Shown: piece after piece, positions 1 through 9,915 of the stretch
Position numbering within the stretch: the stretch's first letter is position 1
How the letters are laid out: each line of letters opens with the position of its first letter
NCBI GenBank assembly: GCA_021734835.1
Contig: JAIPIH010000004.1
Span: forward strand, 30,423 to 94,422
Source: Candidatus Cloacimonadota bacterium
GTDB taxonomy: Bacteria > Cloacimonadota > Cloacimonadia > Cloacimonadales > TCS61
Length of the DNA: 64,000 nucleotides
Direction of reading: 5' to 3'
The notes under the pieces: generated by a model
Databases searched by the model: none
Told to the model about the DNA's origin: nothing
The model's input: the letters and a program-made list of their open reading frames with translations, nothing else
Program-made: the position numbers and the translations under genes

Positions 1-234
1 ATTATCAATAAAAATCAGATAGAGCTAAAAGTTTGGGAACGTGGAAGCGGAGCAACTTTAGCCTGTAGCACAGGCGCAGGTGCAGCTGTCTATTTTGGGC
101 TGAAAAAGAAGAAATTGAAATCTCCGGTTCTAGTTCAGATGCCCGGTGGTGAAGTAACAGTTGAATTTAATAATGAGCATATCTTTTTAACCGGCGAAGT
201 AAGTTACATTTTTAATGGTAGTATCGAATTGTGA
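1..234 (+). CDS. dapF: diaminopimelate epimerase, C-terminal fragment (5' end outside window)
   Basis: Frame 1 is open from base 1 to TGA at 232-234. The translation ...KVWERGSGATLACSTGAGAAV...VQMPGGEVTVEF... matches the second catalytic-Cys region and C-terminus of DapF. Confidence 0.7.
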   Translation: MINKNQIELKVWERGSGATLACSTGAGAAVYFGLKKKKLKSPVLVQMPGGEVTVEFNNEHIFLTGEVSYIFNGSIEL

Positions 235-554
235 AGAAACTGATTATCATTTTAATTCTTGTTTTGCTGAGTATATCATTGGCAGCAAAGAGCAAATGGA
301 CAGGTGAAGATAAAGTTTTACATTACACGGGAAGCGCTTTTCTTACCTATTGGAATTATGGTGTATGTAAAGATATCTTGGACCAATCTTCAGGCAACAG
401 CACTTACTTTGCAGTTACATTTTCACTAGCTCTGGGAACTGCTAAAGAAGTCACGGATAATAAGTTTAAAAACACCGGGTTTTCCTGGCAGGATCTGGTT
501 TATGATACTGCCGGAATAATAACAGGAATTATTTTAATAAATAATTTAAGGTAA
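231..554 (+). CDS. small envelope/membrane protein (YfiM/DUF2279-like, family call from memory)
   Basis: GTG start overlaps the dapF stop (GTGA). Has an N-terminal hydrophobic signal/anchor LILVLLSISLAA, a GEDKVLHY motif and a C-terminal TM AGIITGIILI. Confidence 0.5.
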   Translation: MKKLIIILILVLLSISLAAKSKWTGEDKVLHYTGSAFLTYWNYGVCKDILDQSSGNSTYFAVTFSLALGTAKEVTDNKFKNTGFSWQDLVYDTAGIITGIILINNLR

Positions 555-558
555 AAAG

Positions 559-1191
559 ATGGAAGAATTAAAAGAACATGTAACTATAGGACAATATCTG
601 AAACTAAATAGAGAGAAGAAGGGAATTTCTTTGCAGCAAATATCAGATTCTACAAAAATTAAACTCCGATTCTTACAAAAAGTAGAACAAAACAATTTCG
701 ATGACCTGGGCGGTATAGGTTATGCTAAAGCTATGATCCTAACATACGCCAAAGCATTGGGAATAATGGAAGACCAAATCCATGATCTACTGCATGAACA
801 ATTTGGCACAAAACCCATTTATGTTGCTAAAATAAAATCCGAACAACCTAAGAAGTACTTGCTGCCAACCAAGACTTTTTCTTTTATTTTATTAATTATA
901 GTTATTGCACTGCTATCTTATCTGGTGGTAAATCTCTATAAAGAAGGCATCCTTACCTGGCCTCCATTCGAAAGAACAAAAACTGATATAAAAATAAAAT
1001 CCTCTGAAAATTTAAAACAAAATTCCGAGACCAGTAGTAATCAGTTAGTACCAGAGGCTGATCAGGAAAAAAACCAATTTAGATCTGTTGAAAAAGCAGA
1101 AACATCTGAAACCGTTTTTGATGACAAAACTGATCATTTAAATGAGCTCCTTTTCAAAAACAAGAAAAGTCCTTTAAATTACGATGAATAG
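559..1191 (+). CDS. RodZ-like HTH (HTH_25/XRE) membrane protein
   Basis: N-terminal GQYLKLNREKKGISLQQISDSTKIKLRFLQKVE...GYAKAMILTYAKALG, then a single TM FSFILLIIVIALLSYLVV. The tail is acidic and Ser-rich with no recognisable DUF4115. Confidence 0.55.
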   Translation: MEELKEHVTIGQYLKLNREKKGISLQQISDSTKIKLRFLQKVEQNNFDDLGGIGYAKAMILTYAKALGIMEDQIHDLLHEQFGTKPIYVAKIKSEQPKKYLLPTKTFSFILLIIVIALLSYLVVNLYKEGILTWPPFERTKTDIKIKSSENLKQNSETSSNQLVPEADQEKNQFRSVEKAETSETVFDDKTDHLNELLFKNKKSPLNYDE

Positions 1192-1200
1192 AGACTTTTA

Positions 1201-3639
1201 GTGCGAAAAGTCAAATATGAGCACCTGCTCGATTCGGTGCTGAAGCCTGCCCGATATATTAATAATGAACTAAACAGTTTTGAAAAGATCCCTTCAGAAG
1301 ACAAAGTAAATTTTTGTCTTGCTTTCCCGGATGTTTATGAAGTAGGTTTCTCACATTTAGGATTAAAAATTCTATACTCGATCTTAAATAAGGAAGAAGA
1401 TGCGGTAGCAGACAGAGTTTATGCGCCATGGCCGGATTTTGGAAATCTTCTGAAAAGTAAAAAAATACCTTTGTTCGCTCTCGAAAGCTCATTTCCCTGC
1501 TCCGAATTTGATGTTCTGGGCTTTACACTTCAATCAGAACTTACTTTTACAAATATTCTCTACATGTTGGATTTATCGCATATCTCAATTCTCAGTAAAG
1601 ACAGACAGGAAAAGGATCCGATAATTTTAGGAGGTGGACCGGCCGGAACTAATCCAGTACCTCTTTCCCGTTTTTTTGATGCAATCCTGATCGGTGACGG
1701 TGAAGAAGCAATAATTGATATTAAAAACGCTTTAAAAAAAACTAAACATAACAATCGCGCAAAGAAACTAGAAATTCTAGCAGAAGTCGAAGGCATATAT
1801 GTTCCAACACTGCATAAGGCTAAAACGATCAAAGCGCGTAAATTCATGGATTTCGACGATCTGCAAAAAACTCATACAGATCAGCTTATCCCATGGGTGC
1901 AGCCGACTCATTATCGATACATATCCGAAATTATGCGAGGTTGTTCTAAAGGCTGCAGATTCTGTTTTGCGGGAATGTATTATCGACCGGTGCGTGAGAG
2001 AAACCCGGATATTATCCTGGAAAATTTGTTAGCGGAATTGAACAGGTATGGATGGAGCGAAGCTGCTCTTACTTCCCTTTCATCTAGCGATTATTCCTGC
2101 CTTAAACCACTATTGCTGCAAATTTATAACAATCTTTCTAACTCCAGTTTATCTCTACCTTCTTTGCGAGTAGACAGCATTGATGATGACTTGATCAGGT
2201 TGATGAGAGCAATGAGGCAAACCGGTCTAACACTAGCTCCGGAAGCTGGAAGCCAAAGATTACGCGATATTATCAATAAAAATATTACTGAAACAGATAT
2301 TCTCAATAGCGTTCGGATTGCCCTGGAAAATGGCTGGCAATTAGTAAAATTATATTTTATGATCGGACTTCCTTTTGAAAACAAAAATGATATAATGGAG
2401 ATAATTAAATTAATTGAAAATATAGTGAAAATTTCAGGTAAGAAGTTACAAATAAATATAGCTTTATCACCTTTTGTTCCCAAACCTTTCACCCCTTTTC
2501 AATGGGCAAAAATGGATGATAAGGGCACTTTGATCTCCAAAGTTTATCTAATCAGAGAAGAGTTAAAAAAGTACAAATTTGTCAGAGTAAAATATCATGA
2601 AGTAGATAGTTCTTGGCTTGAATGCATTATTGGACGTGGTGATCTCAAAATTGGTGAACTGATACAAAAATCGTATGAAAAAGGTGCTAAATTTGACGGA
2701 TGGAATGAACATTTTAATTTTTCATATTGGCAGTCTGCTATTGATGATCTTGAGTTGGATGCTACAAAATATACTCACAAAATAGGTTTAACTAAAGCGC
2801 TTCCCTGGGATCATATTGATATCGGGATAACTAAGGATTTTTTGCAGATCGAATGGCAAAGAGCTAAAAATGAAGAGTTGACTGATGACTGCCGGAACGG
2901 CAGCTGCACAAATTGCGGTATTTGCAATAACGAAATTCAACCCCATTACACTCACAAAAGGACAACACCTGAGTTTAAGATACCAGAAGATGAACCATCT
3001 AATATTCCCAATATCCATTATCGTGTATTTTTTGGTAAAATCGGAAGATTAAGATTTGTAGCTCATCTGGACACAATGCGCATGATACATAACATTTTGC
3101 GTGCTGTTGACCTACCGATAGTGTTTACTCACGGCTATAATGTCCATCCTAAAGCTGCTCTAGGAGGACCCTTACCGCTTGGAGTTCAGGGAGAAAATGA
3201 GTACTTTGATTTTGTTTTGAAAGATGAAATTTCTGAAAAATTAATATTTTCCAAATTTGCTAAAGTTATGCCGTCTCAATTAAAATTAAAAAAAGTGATC
3301 CGGATCGTAACCAAACAAATGCGATCTATGAATTATTACAGTTTAGAAAAGCTTACGGTAATCCCTCCACCAGAATTTGCAGAAATGTTTAGGGAGAAAA
3401 CAATAGCTTTTAATCAAAAGAACGTATGGCCTTTTAGCCGAACTCGAAAAGGAAAAACTAAAACCGGAAATTTAAAAGATATCATAATTAAAATTGAATG
3501 GATAGATTCAAAGTTGGTAATGATCAAAAGAACTGTTGGCGCAAGTATTTTTGATTGTTTATTGAGCATTTATCAAATAGAAAGAAACAATACAAATTTT
3601 TTTGAGATCATTCGCCAGGAATTGATCCATGAATTGTAA
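1201..3639 (+). CDS. radical SAM protein (TIGR03960-like) fused to a DUF2344/TIGR03936-like C-terminal module
   Basis: GTG start. Contains the CxxxCxxC cluster motif CSKGCRFCFAGMY. N-terminus LKPARYINNE...GFSHLGLKILY; the C-terminal third begins YRVFFGKIGRLRFVAHLD. Confidence 0.85.
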   Translation: MRKVKYEHLLDSVLKPARYINNELNSFEKIPSEDKVNFCLAFPDVYEVGFSHLGLKILYSILNKEEDAVADRVYAPWPDFGNLLKSKKIPLFALESSFPCSEFDVLGFTLQSELTFTNILYMLDLSHISILSKDRQEKDPIILGGGPAGTNPVPLSRFFDAILIGDGEEAIIDIKNALKKTKHNNRAKKLEILAEVEGIYVPTLHKAKTIKARKFMDFDDLQKTHTDQLIPWVQPTHYRYISEIMRGCSKGCRFCFAGMYYRPVRERNPDIILENLLAELNRYGWSEAALTSLSSSDYSCLKPLLLQIYNNLSNSSLSLPSLRVDSIDDDLIRLMRAMRQTGLTLAPEAGSQRLRDIINKNITETDILNSVRIALENGWQLVKLYFMIGLPFENKNDIMEIIKLIENIVKISGKKLQINIALSPFVPKPFTPFQWAKMDDKGTLISKVYLIREELKKYKFVRVKYHEVDSSWLECIIGRGDLKIGELIQKSYEKGAKFDGWNEHFNFSYWQSAIDDLELDATKYTHKIGLTKALPWDHIDIGITKDFLQIEWQRAKNEELTDDCRNGSCTNCGICNNEIQPHYTHKRTTPEFKIPEDEPSNIPNIHYRVFFGKIGRLRFVAHLDTMRMIHNILRAVDLPIVFTHGYNVHPKAALGGPLPLGVQGENEYFDFVLKDEISEKLIFSKFAKVMPSQLKLKKVIRIVTKQMRSMNYYSLEKLTVIPPPEFAEMFREKTIAFNQKNVWPFSRTRKGKTKTGNLKDIIIKIEWIDSKLVMIKRTVGASIFDCLLSIYQIERNNTNFFEIIRQELIHEL

Positions 3640-3783
3640 AAGTTATTAATGATCAAATTTTGATAACTACTAAACATACTGTAAGAAATAAAAATGAAAA
3701 AACGCGAATCTAATGTATCCATGAAATCATTTATTTCTTGACCTAATTAGTTAACTTTACTTATAAATTTTAGTGGAGAAAAG

Positions 3784-4842
3784 ATGATAATAAGAAAAAA
3801 AACCAGAGTTATAAAGGTTGGCAATATTTCAATTGGCGGTGATAATCCAATTTCAATACAATCAATGACGAATACCAAAACAATTGATATTGTTAAAACC
3901 GTTCAACAAATAAAAGTTCTAGCTATTACAGGATGTGATATTGTTCGCGTTGCAGTACCAGATATGGAATCAGCTAAGGCAATTAGCCAAATAAAGCAGC
4001 AGATATCGATTCCTATTATCGCAGATATTCACTTTGATTATAAACTTGCGGTTGCATCTATTATGGCAGGAGCTGACGGTCTGCGGTTAAATCCTGGAAA
4101 CATAGGTTCCACTCAAAATGTGCTTGAAGTCGTTGCTGCTGCAAGAGAGAAAGAAATTCCCATCCGAATAGGTGTGAACAGCGGTTCACTATCTAAAGAA
4201 AAACTAATAAAATATGGCCTTTCACCGGAAGGTATTGTTGAGAGTGCCTTGGAACATGTAGCAATTTTGGAGAAAGCAAATTATCATGAGATGAAAATTT
4301 CGGTAAAGGCATCGTCAGTACCATTAACCATAGAATCTTATCAATTACTTTCAACTAAAGTAGATTATCCCTTGCATTTGGGAGTTACAGAGGCTGGGAC
4401 AGAATTCACCGGAACAATAAAATCATCAATTGGGATTGGATCCCTTTTAGCTCAGGGTATAGGCGATACAGTCCGTGTTTCTTTGACTGCTGATCCTATT
4501 CGGGAAGTTGCTGTAGCAAAAGAAATTTTTAAAGCACTGCATATTCGTAAAGGTTTGGAAATTATTTCGTGTCCTACTTGCGGCAGAACTGATATTGATG
4601 TGATCTCATTAGCCGAGAAAGTCGAACAAGCCCTTGATAAATATGCGGATAAAGATATCACAATTGCCGTTATGGGATGTGCAGTGAACGGACCCGGTGA
4701 AGCTCGGGAAGCAGATTTTGGAATCGCTGGTGGACAAAAAGAAGGTTTACTTTTCCAAAAAGGTAAAATTTTAAGAAAAGTTAGAGAGGAAGAGCTGGTT
4801 CCTCAGTTACTCAAACTTATTGAAGAGAATGTTAAAATATAG
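3784..4842 (+). CDS. ispG: 4-hydroxy-3-methylbut-2-en-1-yl diphosphate synthase (flavodoxin)
   Basis: IGGDNPISIQSMTNT, LRLNPGNIG, and the C-terminal Fe-S ligands CPTCGRT...GCAVNGPGE. GGAG RBS lies upstream. Confidence 0.9.
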   Translation: MIIRKKTRVIKVGNISIGGDNPISIQSMTNTKTIDIVKTVQQIKVLAITGCDIVRVAVPDMESAKAISQIKQQISIPIIADIHFDYKLAVASIMAGADGLRLNPGNIGSTQNVLEVVAAAREKEIPIRIGVNSGSLSKEKLIKYGLSPEGIVESALEHVAILEKANYHEMKISVKASSVPLTIESYQLLSTKVDYPLHLGVTEAGTEFTGTIKSSIGIGSLLAQGIGDTVRVSLTADPIREVAVAKEIFKALHIRKGLEIISCPTCGRTDIDVISLAEKVEQALDKYADKDITIAVMGCAVNGPGEAREADFGIAGGQKEGLLFQKGKILRKVREEELVPQLLKLIEENVKI

Positions 4843-6493
4843 AATAATCCTTTTTTTACTTTTATCATATCTGAGCTTACAGGCTGAATTAATGATCGGA
4901 GATCTAAGATTCGAAGGTAATAAGTTGACATCTGATACAGAGCTGAGTTCAGCCATTGCATCACGACAAAATAGTATTTTTTCCCAGAACAGGATCAATA
5001 TCGATGCTGAACGAATTTCAGAAATTTATGCTGCCAAAGGTATCTTTAATGTAAAGGTACACACTCCGGAAATTATTACTGATTCACCCGACAGAATTAT
5101 AGTTATGTTCCATATTGAAGAACAGGAAGAAGTCTTGGTAGATAGTATAAATATCAGTGGAAATAATTACATAACTGATTCAAAATTACGAACCGTCATC
5201 TCAATGGGTGATCTATCATTGATCGAATTAGCAAATGCCATAAGGCAACTGACTAATTATTATGCATTTAACGGATTCCTTTTTGCCGACGTAAGACTAG
5301 ATAGACTCGTAAATACCGGCGATTATTTATCTGCTTACATCAACATAAATGAAGGGAGATTCTGCGATTTTAAAGATTATAAATTCAGAGGTAACAAAAC
5401 AACCCGTGAGGAAACTTTGATCAGAATCTCCAAACTCGAAAGCGCGGATAAAATTACTCCTTCAATCTTACAGCAAGCAGCCAACAATATCAGGCGGAAA
5501 AAGTATATCAAAGATTGCAGTTTGATACCTCTTGATCATCGTTCCCTTCTCTTTGAAGTAACGGAAGACCGCATGAACATACTTTCTGGACTACTTGGCT
5601 ATGATAACTCAAAAACCAACAACAACAGATTTACCGGCTGGATAGACTTGGAATTTATAAATCTTTACGGTACTGATCGATCACTTGCATTAAACTGGCA
5701 ACATTTTACAAGTGATATCAGCTCTATCATGTTCAAGTATCATGAATCCGGCGTAAATCGCTATCCTGTTAATGCTGATCTTCTTATTTCACGCTTGGAA
5801 GTTGATTCTACCTATATTCGCACTAAATTTGAATGTGAAATTTATTATTTTGAACTTTTCCAAAGATATGGTATTTTTTTTGGTAAAGAAGATATTTTCC
5901 CCGGAGGCAGGAAAGTTAACAATATTGAGAGAAGATCATTTAACAAATTTGGTGCTTTATGGAATATGACAGATCTTGATAATTTTCTAAATCCCACAAC
6001 CGGCTCCGAGATAAAAATTAAATATTATTATATTCTTAATACCCTTGAAACCTCCAATGTCAGTAAACAAGCAGTTGAGCTTCAAGGAGTGAGATTTGTA
6101 AACTTAGGAAAACGTTTTGTATTGGGATTAGATATTAATGCCAACATAATTGAGAATAAGCAACTATCAGAATTGGAATTTTTTGATTTAGGTGGAGCTA
6201 AAAGTTTGAGAGGCTTTGATGAAAATGTTTTCTCCGGCTACAGGATTGGCTGGAGTGATCTGGAGTTAAGATATCTTTTTGGACCTGTTTCCCGGTTATT
6301 TATATTCGGAGCTTATGGTTACGTGGAAAATCTGAATTATAAATATGATGATCTTTTTAGTTTTGGGTTTGGCTTGCGAACTAAAACAAAGATTGGAGTT
6401 TTCGGAATTGACTACGGTTTAGGTATTCAAAATGGAAAAATGAGAAATGTTCAGGATGGAATAATTCATATAGGTTTAGAAACTTCATTGTAA
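4829..6493 (+). CDS. Omp85/BamA-family outer membrane protein (short, few POTRA domains)
   Basis: ATG 4829 preferred over the ORF-track TTG at 4820, and it overlaps the ispG stop. Signal peptide LFLLLSYLSLQA, POTRA-like repeats (IGDLRFEGNK, INISGNNYI) and a C-terminal surface-antigen barrel (GWIDLEFINLYGTDRSL ... FGFGLR). Confidence 0.65.
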   Translation: MLKYRIILFLLLSYLSLQAELMIGDLRFEGNKLTSDTELSSAIASRQNSIFSQNRINIDAERISEIYAAKGIFNVKVHTPEIITDSPDRIIVMFHIEEQEEVLVDSINISGNNYITDSKLRTVISMGDLSLIELANAIRQLTNYYAFNGFLFADVRLDRLVNTGDYLSAYININEGRFCDFKDYKFRGNKTTREETLIRISKLESADKITPSILQQAANNIRRKKYIKDCSLIPLDHRSLLFEVTEDRMNILSGLLGYDNSKTNNNRFTGWIDLEFINLYGTDRSLALNWQHFTSDISSIMFKYHESGVNRYPVNADLLISRLEVDSTYIRTKFECEIYYFELFQRYGIFFGKEDIFPGGRKVNNIERRSFNKFGALWNMTDLDNFLNPTTGSEIKIKYYYILNTLETSNVSKQAVELQGVRFVNLGKRFVLGLDINANIIENKQLSELEFFDLGGAKSLRGFDENVFSGYRIGWSDLELRYLFGPVSRLFIFGAYGYVENLNYKYDDLFSFGFGLRTKTKIGVFGIDYGLGIQNGKMRNVQDGIIHIGLETSL

Positions 6494-6587
6494 GATATTA
6501 TTATATTTATTGATATATAAGATTATATTATAGCATATTAAGTGAATCTGATATAAAAGTAACAGTTTATTAATTTAAGGAGGGAAA

Positions 6588-7400
6588 ATGGAACGGAATA
6601 GTATTATAAAAGTCGGTGTTTATGTTGATGTTTCCAACATTGCTCAAAATGGCGGGTATGGCATGCAATATGATATATTAAGACAATTCGCCTGCCGTAA
6701 CAATGGTGTTGCAATGAGGTTGAATGCCTATGTTGCCTATGATGAAGAGATGGCTAACAAAAATCCAGAATATAAAAAAAAATCGGAAAATTTTCATTCT
6801 ATTTTACGGGATTTCGGATATAAAGTAATAGTGAAGAAAGTTAAATGGTATGTAGATGAGCATGGAGTTAAATACGGAAAATCAAATGCTGATCTGGATA
6901 TGGCGGTTGATGCTCTAAGGCAATCGGAAAGATTGGATTATGTATTATTAGTAACAGGTGATGGTGATTTTGTTCAGGTAGTTAGAGCTTTACAGAGTAA
7001 AGGGTGCCGGGTAGAGGCTTTAGCATTTAAAAATGTGTCACAAGATCTGATAAATGAAGCTGATGTTTTTACTTCCGGATACATGGTTCCTACCCTCTCG
7101 CCCATTGAACTGCATAAATCAAATAATGGAAAAAAAATTGTGAGGGGTGTTTGTTATTCTTTTTTCCCGGAGAAAGGTTACGGTTTTATGAGATTTATGA
7201 TTAATTTAAGTGGTTCATTATGGATTCGTGATACAAGAAAAGAAGAATCACCTTACGGAACCGCTTTTGTTCACAGCTCTCATTTCCCCGAGATTATAGA
7301 TATAAAACAGCTTCCTAATCGTAATATGATCTTCGAATTTGAGCTTAAAGAGATTAAGGACAAAGGCCTGCAGGCTGAAAACATCAGATTACTTGATTAA
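6588..7400 (+). CDS. NYN (LabA-like) domain protein with C-terminal cold-shock/OB-like domain
   Basis: AGGAGG RBS. NYN motifs VGVYVDVSN, NADLDMAVDA and LLVTGDGDFVQVV. The C-terminus VRGVCYSFFPEKGYGFMRF ... FVHSSHF ... FEFELKE resembles a CSD with an insertion. Confidence 0.7.
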   Translation: MERNSIIKVGVYVDVSNIAQNGGYGMQYDILRQFACRNNGVAMRLNAYVAYDEEMANKNPEYKKKSENFHSILRDFGYKVIVKKVKWYVDEHGVKYGKSNADLDMAVDALRQSERLDYVLLVTGDGDFVQVVRALQSKGCRVEALAFKNVSQDLINEADVFTSGYMVPTLSPIELHKSNNGKKIVRGVCYSFFPEKGYGFMRFMINLSGSLWIRDTRKEESPYGTAFVHSSHFPEIIDIKQLPNRNMIFEFELKEIKDKGLQAENIRLLD

Positions 7401-7411
7401 TTGAGGATCAC

Positions 7412-8320
7412 TTGAATAATATTTACAGTATAATTGATGTTGGTACTAATAAGATTTCATTACTAACGGCTGAAGCTGGTAAAGACGCACAAATTTTTCA
7501 ACATATTTCAAAAGTCTCTGCTCTAGGTAAAGATATGGAAAATGGCTTACTGCAGAATAAGATGATCGAAAGGACGATAAGAATCTTAGAAAAATTCATC
7601 CAGAAAGCTAAAGTGCATTCTGATGATATTATAGTTATAGGCACAAGCAGTTCGCGTGATGCGAAAAATATATCCTTATTATCATCTTGGTTGAATAACA
7701 AGTATCAGATCAAATACAATATCCTTTCTGGCGAATCTGAAGTTAAATTTATTGCAGCAGCTAATGTTGAGGAATTTAAGGAGTTCTCAAATTTATTAAT
7801 GTTCGATATTGGTGGTGGAAGCACAGAGTTTGTCTGGATCATTGATCACAAAATAACTCATACTCAAAGTATTGATCTGGGTATAAGAAGATTGCAAAAT
7901 AAATTCCAATATAACAGTGTAAAAAAACGAGAATTGATCAGGCATTTACTAACTTTTTTGCCTCTTAAGCTGATTGAAGCTCCAACTGTTGTAGGAATAG
8001 GAGGTGTAGCAGTTAGTTTAAGTCTGTTGAAATCACAGTTTGAAAAAAGCAGTTCTTCCAAAATCCATAAAGCTGAGATCTCTACCAAAACTTTACTAGC
8101 AATCCACAAAGAAATTAGTACAGGCAATGAAAAAATGCTAACTTCCATAATGCCGTTTGAAGCCGATAGAAGTGAATTAATTGAAACCGGGATGATGATC
8201 GTGCTGGAAATTCTTGATTATTTTAGAGGTAAAAGTTTTTTTGTCAGTGAGAGGGGAATTGAGTTTGGAATATTAGCTCAAACTCAGTCAGAGCTTAAGA
8301 AAATGTTAATTCAAGGTTAA
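7412..8320 (+). CDS. Ppx/GppA family phosphatase (exopolyphosphatase-like)
   Basis: TTG start. ASKHA-fold phosphate motifs IIDVGTNKISLL and FDIGGGSTEF; about 300 aa, the single-domain Ppx/GppA size. Confidence 0.7.
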   Translation: MNNIYSIIDVGTNKISLLTAEAGKDAQIFQHISKVSALGKDMENGLLQNKMIERTIRILEKFIQKAKVHSDDIIVIGTSSSRDAKNISLLSSWLNNKYQIKYNILSGESEVKFIAAANVEEFKEFSNLLMFDIGGGSTEFVWIIDHKITHTQSIDLGIRRLQNKFQYNSVKKRELIRHLLTFLPLKLIEAPTVVGIGGVAVSLSLLKSQFEKSSSSKIHKAEISTKTLLAIHKEISTGNEKMLTSIMPFEADRSELIETGMMIVLEILDYFRGKSFFVSERGIEFGILAQTQSELKKMLIQG

Positions 8321-8322
8321 AT

Positions 8323-9126
8323 ATGATAGTAGATAAACTAAAGCATCAATCGGGAAAACCGCTGGTTATAGATGTTAAGGGTCTCAAGATCGGACGCGGT
8401 TATTTTACTGTAATCGCAGGACCCTGCACAATTGAAAATTATAATGATCTAAAAAAAGTTGCGATTAAGTTAAAAGAAATGGGGATAAATTTTTTCCGCG
8501 GTGGAGCATATAAAATGCGTACATCTCCCTATAATTTTCAGGGATTGGGGAGAAAAGGCTTATCTTACATGAAGCGAGTAGCGGATGAAACCGGTATGAT
8601 CTCTGTTTCAGAAGTGATTTCTGAGGAAGATGTAGATATAATTAAAGACCATGTCGATATTTTACAAGTTGGTACTCGCAATATGTCTAATTATCGGTTA
8701 CTTTTAAAACTGGGAAAAGTTAATAATCCTATTATATTAAAACGTGGTTTCAGCAGTACTATTGAAGAATGGTTATTGGCAGCTGAACATATCCTGCAAG
8801 CCGGAAATCAAAATGTAATTCTCTGTGAACGCGGAATCAGGACTTATGAATCATACACCCGCTACACACTGGATATTTCTGCAGTTGCTGCTGTAAAAGA
8901 ACTTAGCAATTTGCCTGTAATAGTAGATCCTTCTCATAGCTCAGGAAGACGTGACATGATAAAATCTTTGAGTTGGGCAGCAGCGGCAGCTGGTTCAGAC
9001 GGACTTATGATCGAGACTCATTTTTCACCGGATGAAACAATATGCGATAGTAAGCAAACTATCGATCTGGAAATGCTCGATGAGATCATAACTGGTCTTG
9101 ATAAAATACGAATTCTTTGGAAATAA
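8323..9126 (+). CDS. aroF: 3-deoxy-7-phosphoheptulonate (DAHP) synthase, type I-beta
   Basis: IAGPCTIEN, FRGGAYKMRTSPYNFQGLG, ILQVGTRNMSNY, ILKRG, LCERGIRT and VDPSH all match the AroF/KdsA-fold I-beta DAHP synthase pattern. Confidence 0.8.
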   Translation: MIVDKLKHQSGKPLVIDVKGLKIGRGYFTVIAGPCTIENYNDLKKVAIKLKEMGINFFRGGAYKMRTSPYNFQGLGRKGLSYMKRVADETGMISVSEVISEEDVDIIKDHVDILQVGTRNMSNYRLLLKLGKVNNPIILKRGFSSTIEEWLLAAEHILQAGNQNVILCERGIRTYESYTRYTLDISAVAAVKELSNLPVIVDPSHSSGRRDMIKSLSWAAAAAGSDGLMIETHFSPDETICDSKQTIDLEMLDEIITGLDKIRILWK

Positions 9127-9149
9127 TGTTAAATATTTTAAGTTAAGTC

Positions 9150-9752
9150 CTATTTTGATTTGCGCATGTAACGAAACAGTTTATTAACAGATTTATTCCA
9201 CAGCAACGGATCGTAGGTATATATCGGCATGGCTCCATTGCTGGTTTGCCTTACATCTTCGATTGTGTAAAGTGCATGCGGATTGTACAAAGTAACAGTT
9301 TCGATAATCTTCTCGATATCTTTCCTTAAAGCCGGCAAAAATAAAATTGCAACATCAACACCATTTGTTTTGGCGGGAATTACAGTAACTGAATAGTGTC
9401 TGCTTTTCAGTTCCCCTAACAACTCAGTAGCTTTTTTACTGGTAATGATCCTAACAAGTGAGATACCCATCGCGAGTTTCTGCTCAATCAAAATTCCCAC
9501 ATAATTTCCTGCTGCAAAACCAGCTGCATAAGCTATATAATTGATTGGTGAATTAATGTCTTTCATGATCTGACTGATTACAATGAGCCAAATTAGCACT
9601 TCAAAAAAACCAATAACTGGAGCCAGATAACGCATTCCCTTATTTACAAATACAATTCTAAGTGTTCCTAAAGAAACATCAAAGATCCTGGACAGAAAAA
9701 TTAAAACTGGTAGAATATAAACTAAAGATTCTTGGGGAAATATTTCCAGCAT
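9150..9752 (-). CDS. UPF0316/DUF2179 family membrane protein
   Basis: Three N-terminal TMs with LGTLRIVFVNKG, followed by a C-terminal soluble DUF2179-like domain (VTVIPAKTNG...). Confidence 0.65.
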   Translation of the reverse strand: MLEIFPQESLVYILPVLIFLSRIFDVSLGTLRIVFVNKGMRYLAPVIGFFEVLIWLIVISQIMKDINSPINYIAYAAGFAAGNYVGILIEQKLAMGISLVRIITSKKATELLGELKSRHYSVTVIPAKTNGVDVAILFLPALRKDIEKIIETVTLYNPHALYTIEDVRQTSNGAMPIYTYDPLLWNKSVNKLFRYMRKSK

Positions 9753-9915
9753 AACAACTCCTTGTTTTAATCTATTAGTGCTAAATAGTAAATATAGCTA
9801 TAAAATGCAACAAAAATTACTAAAATTTTTAGAATTTTGAAGTAAAAGAAATTAGTAATAAATTACTTTATGATCTCAAGTTTTCAGTATTTTCAAAAGA
9901 TGAAGTGAAATTTAT

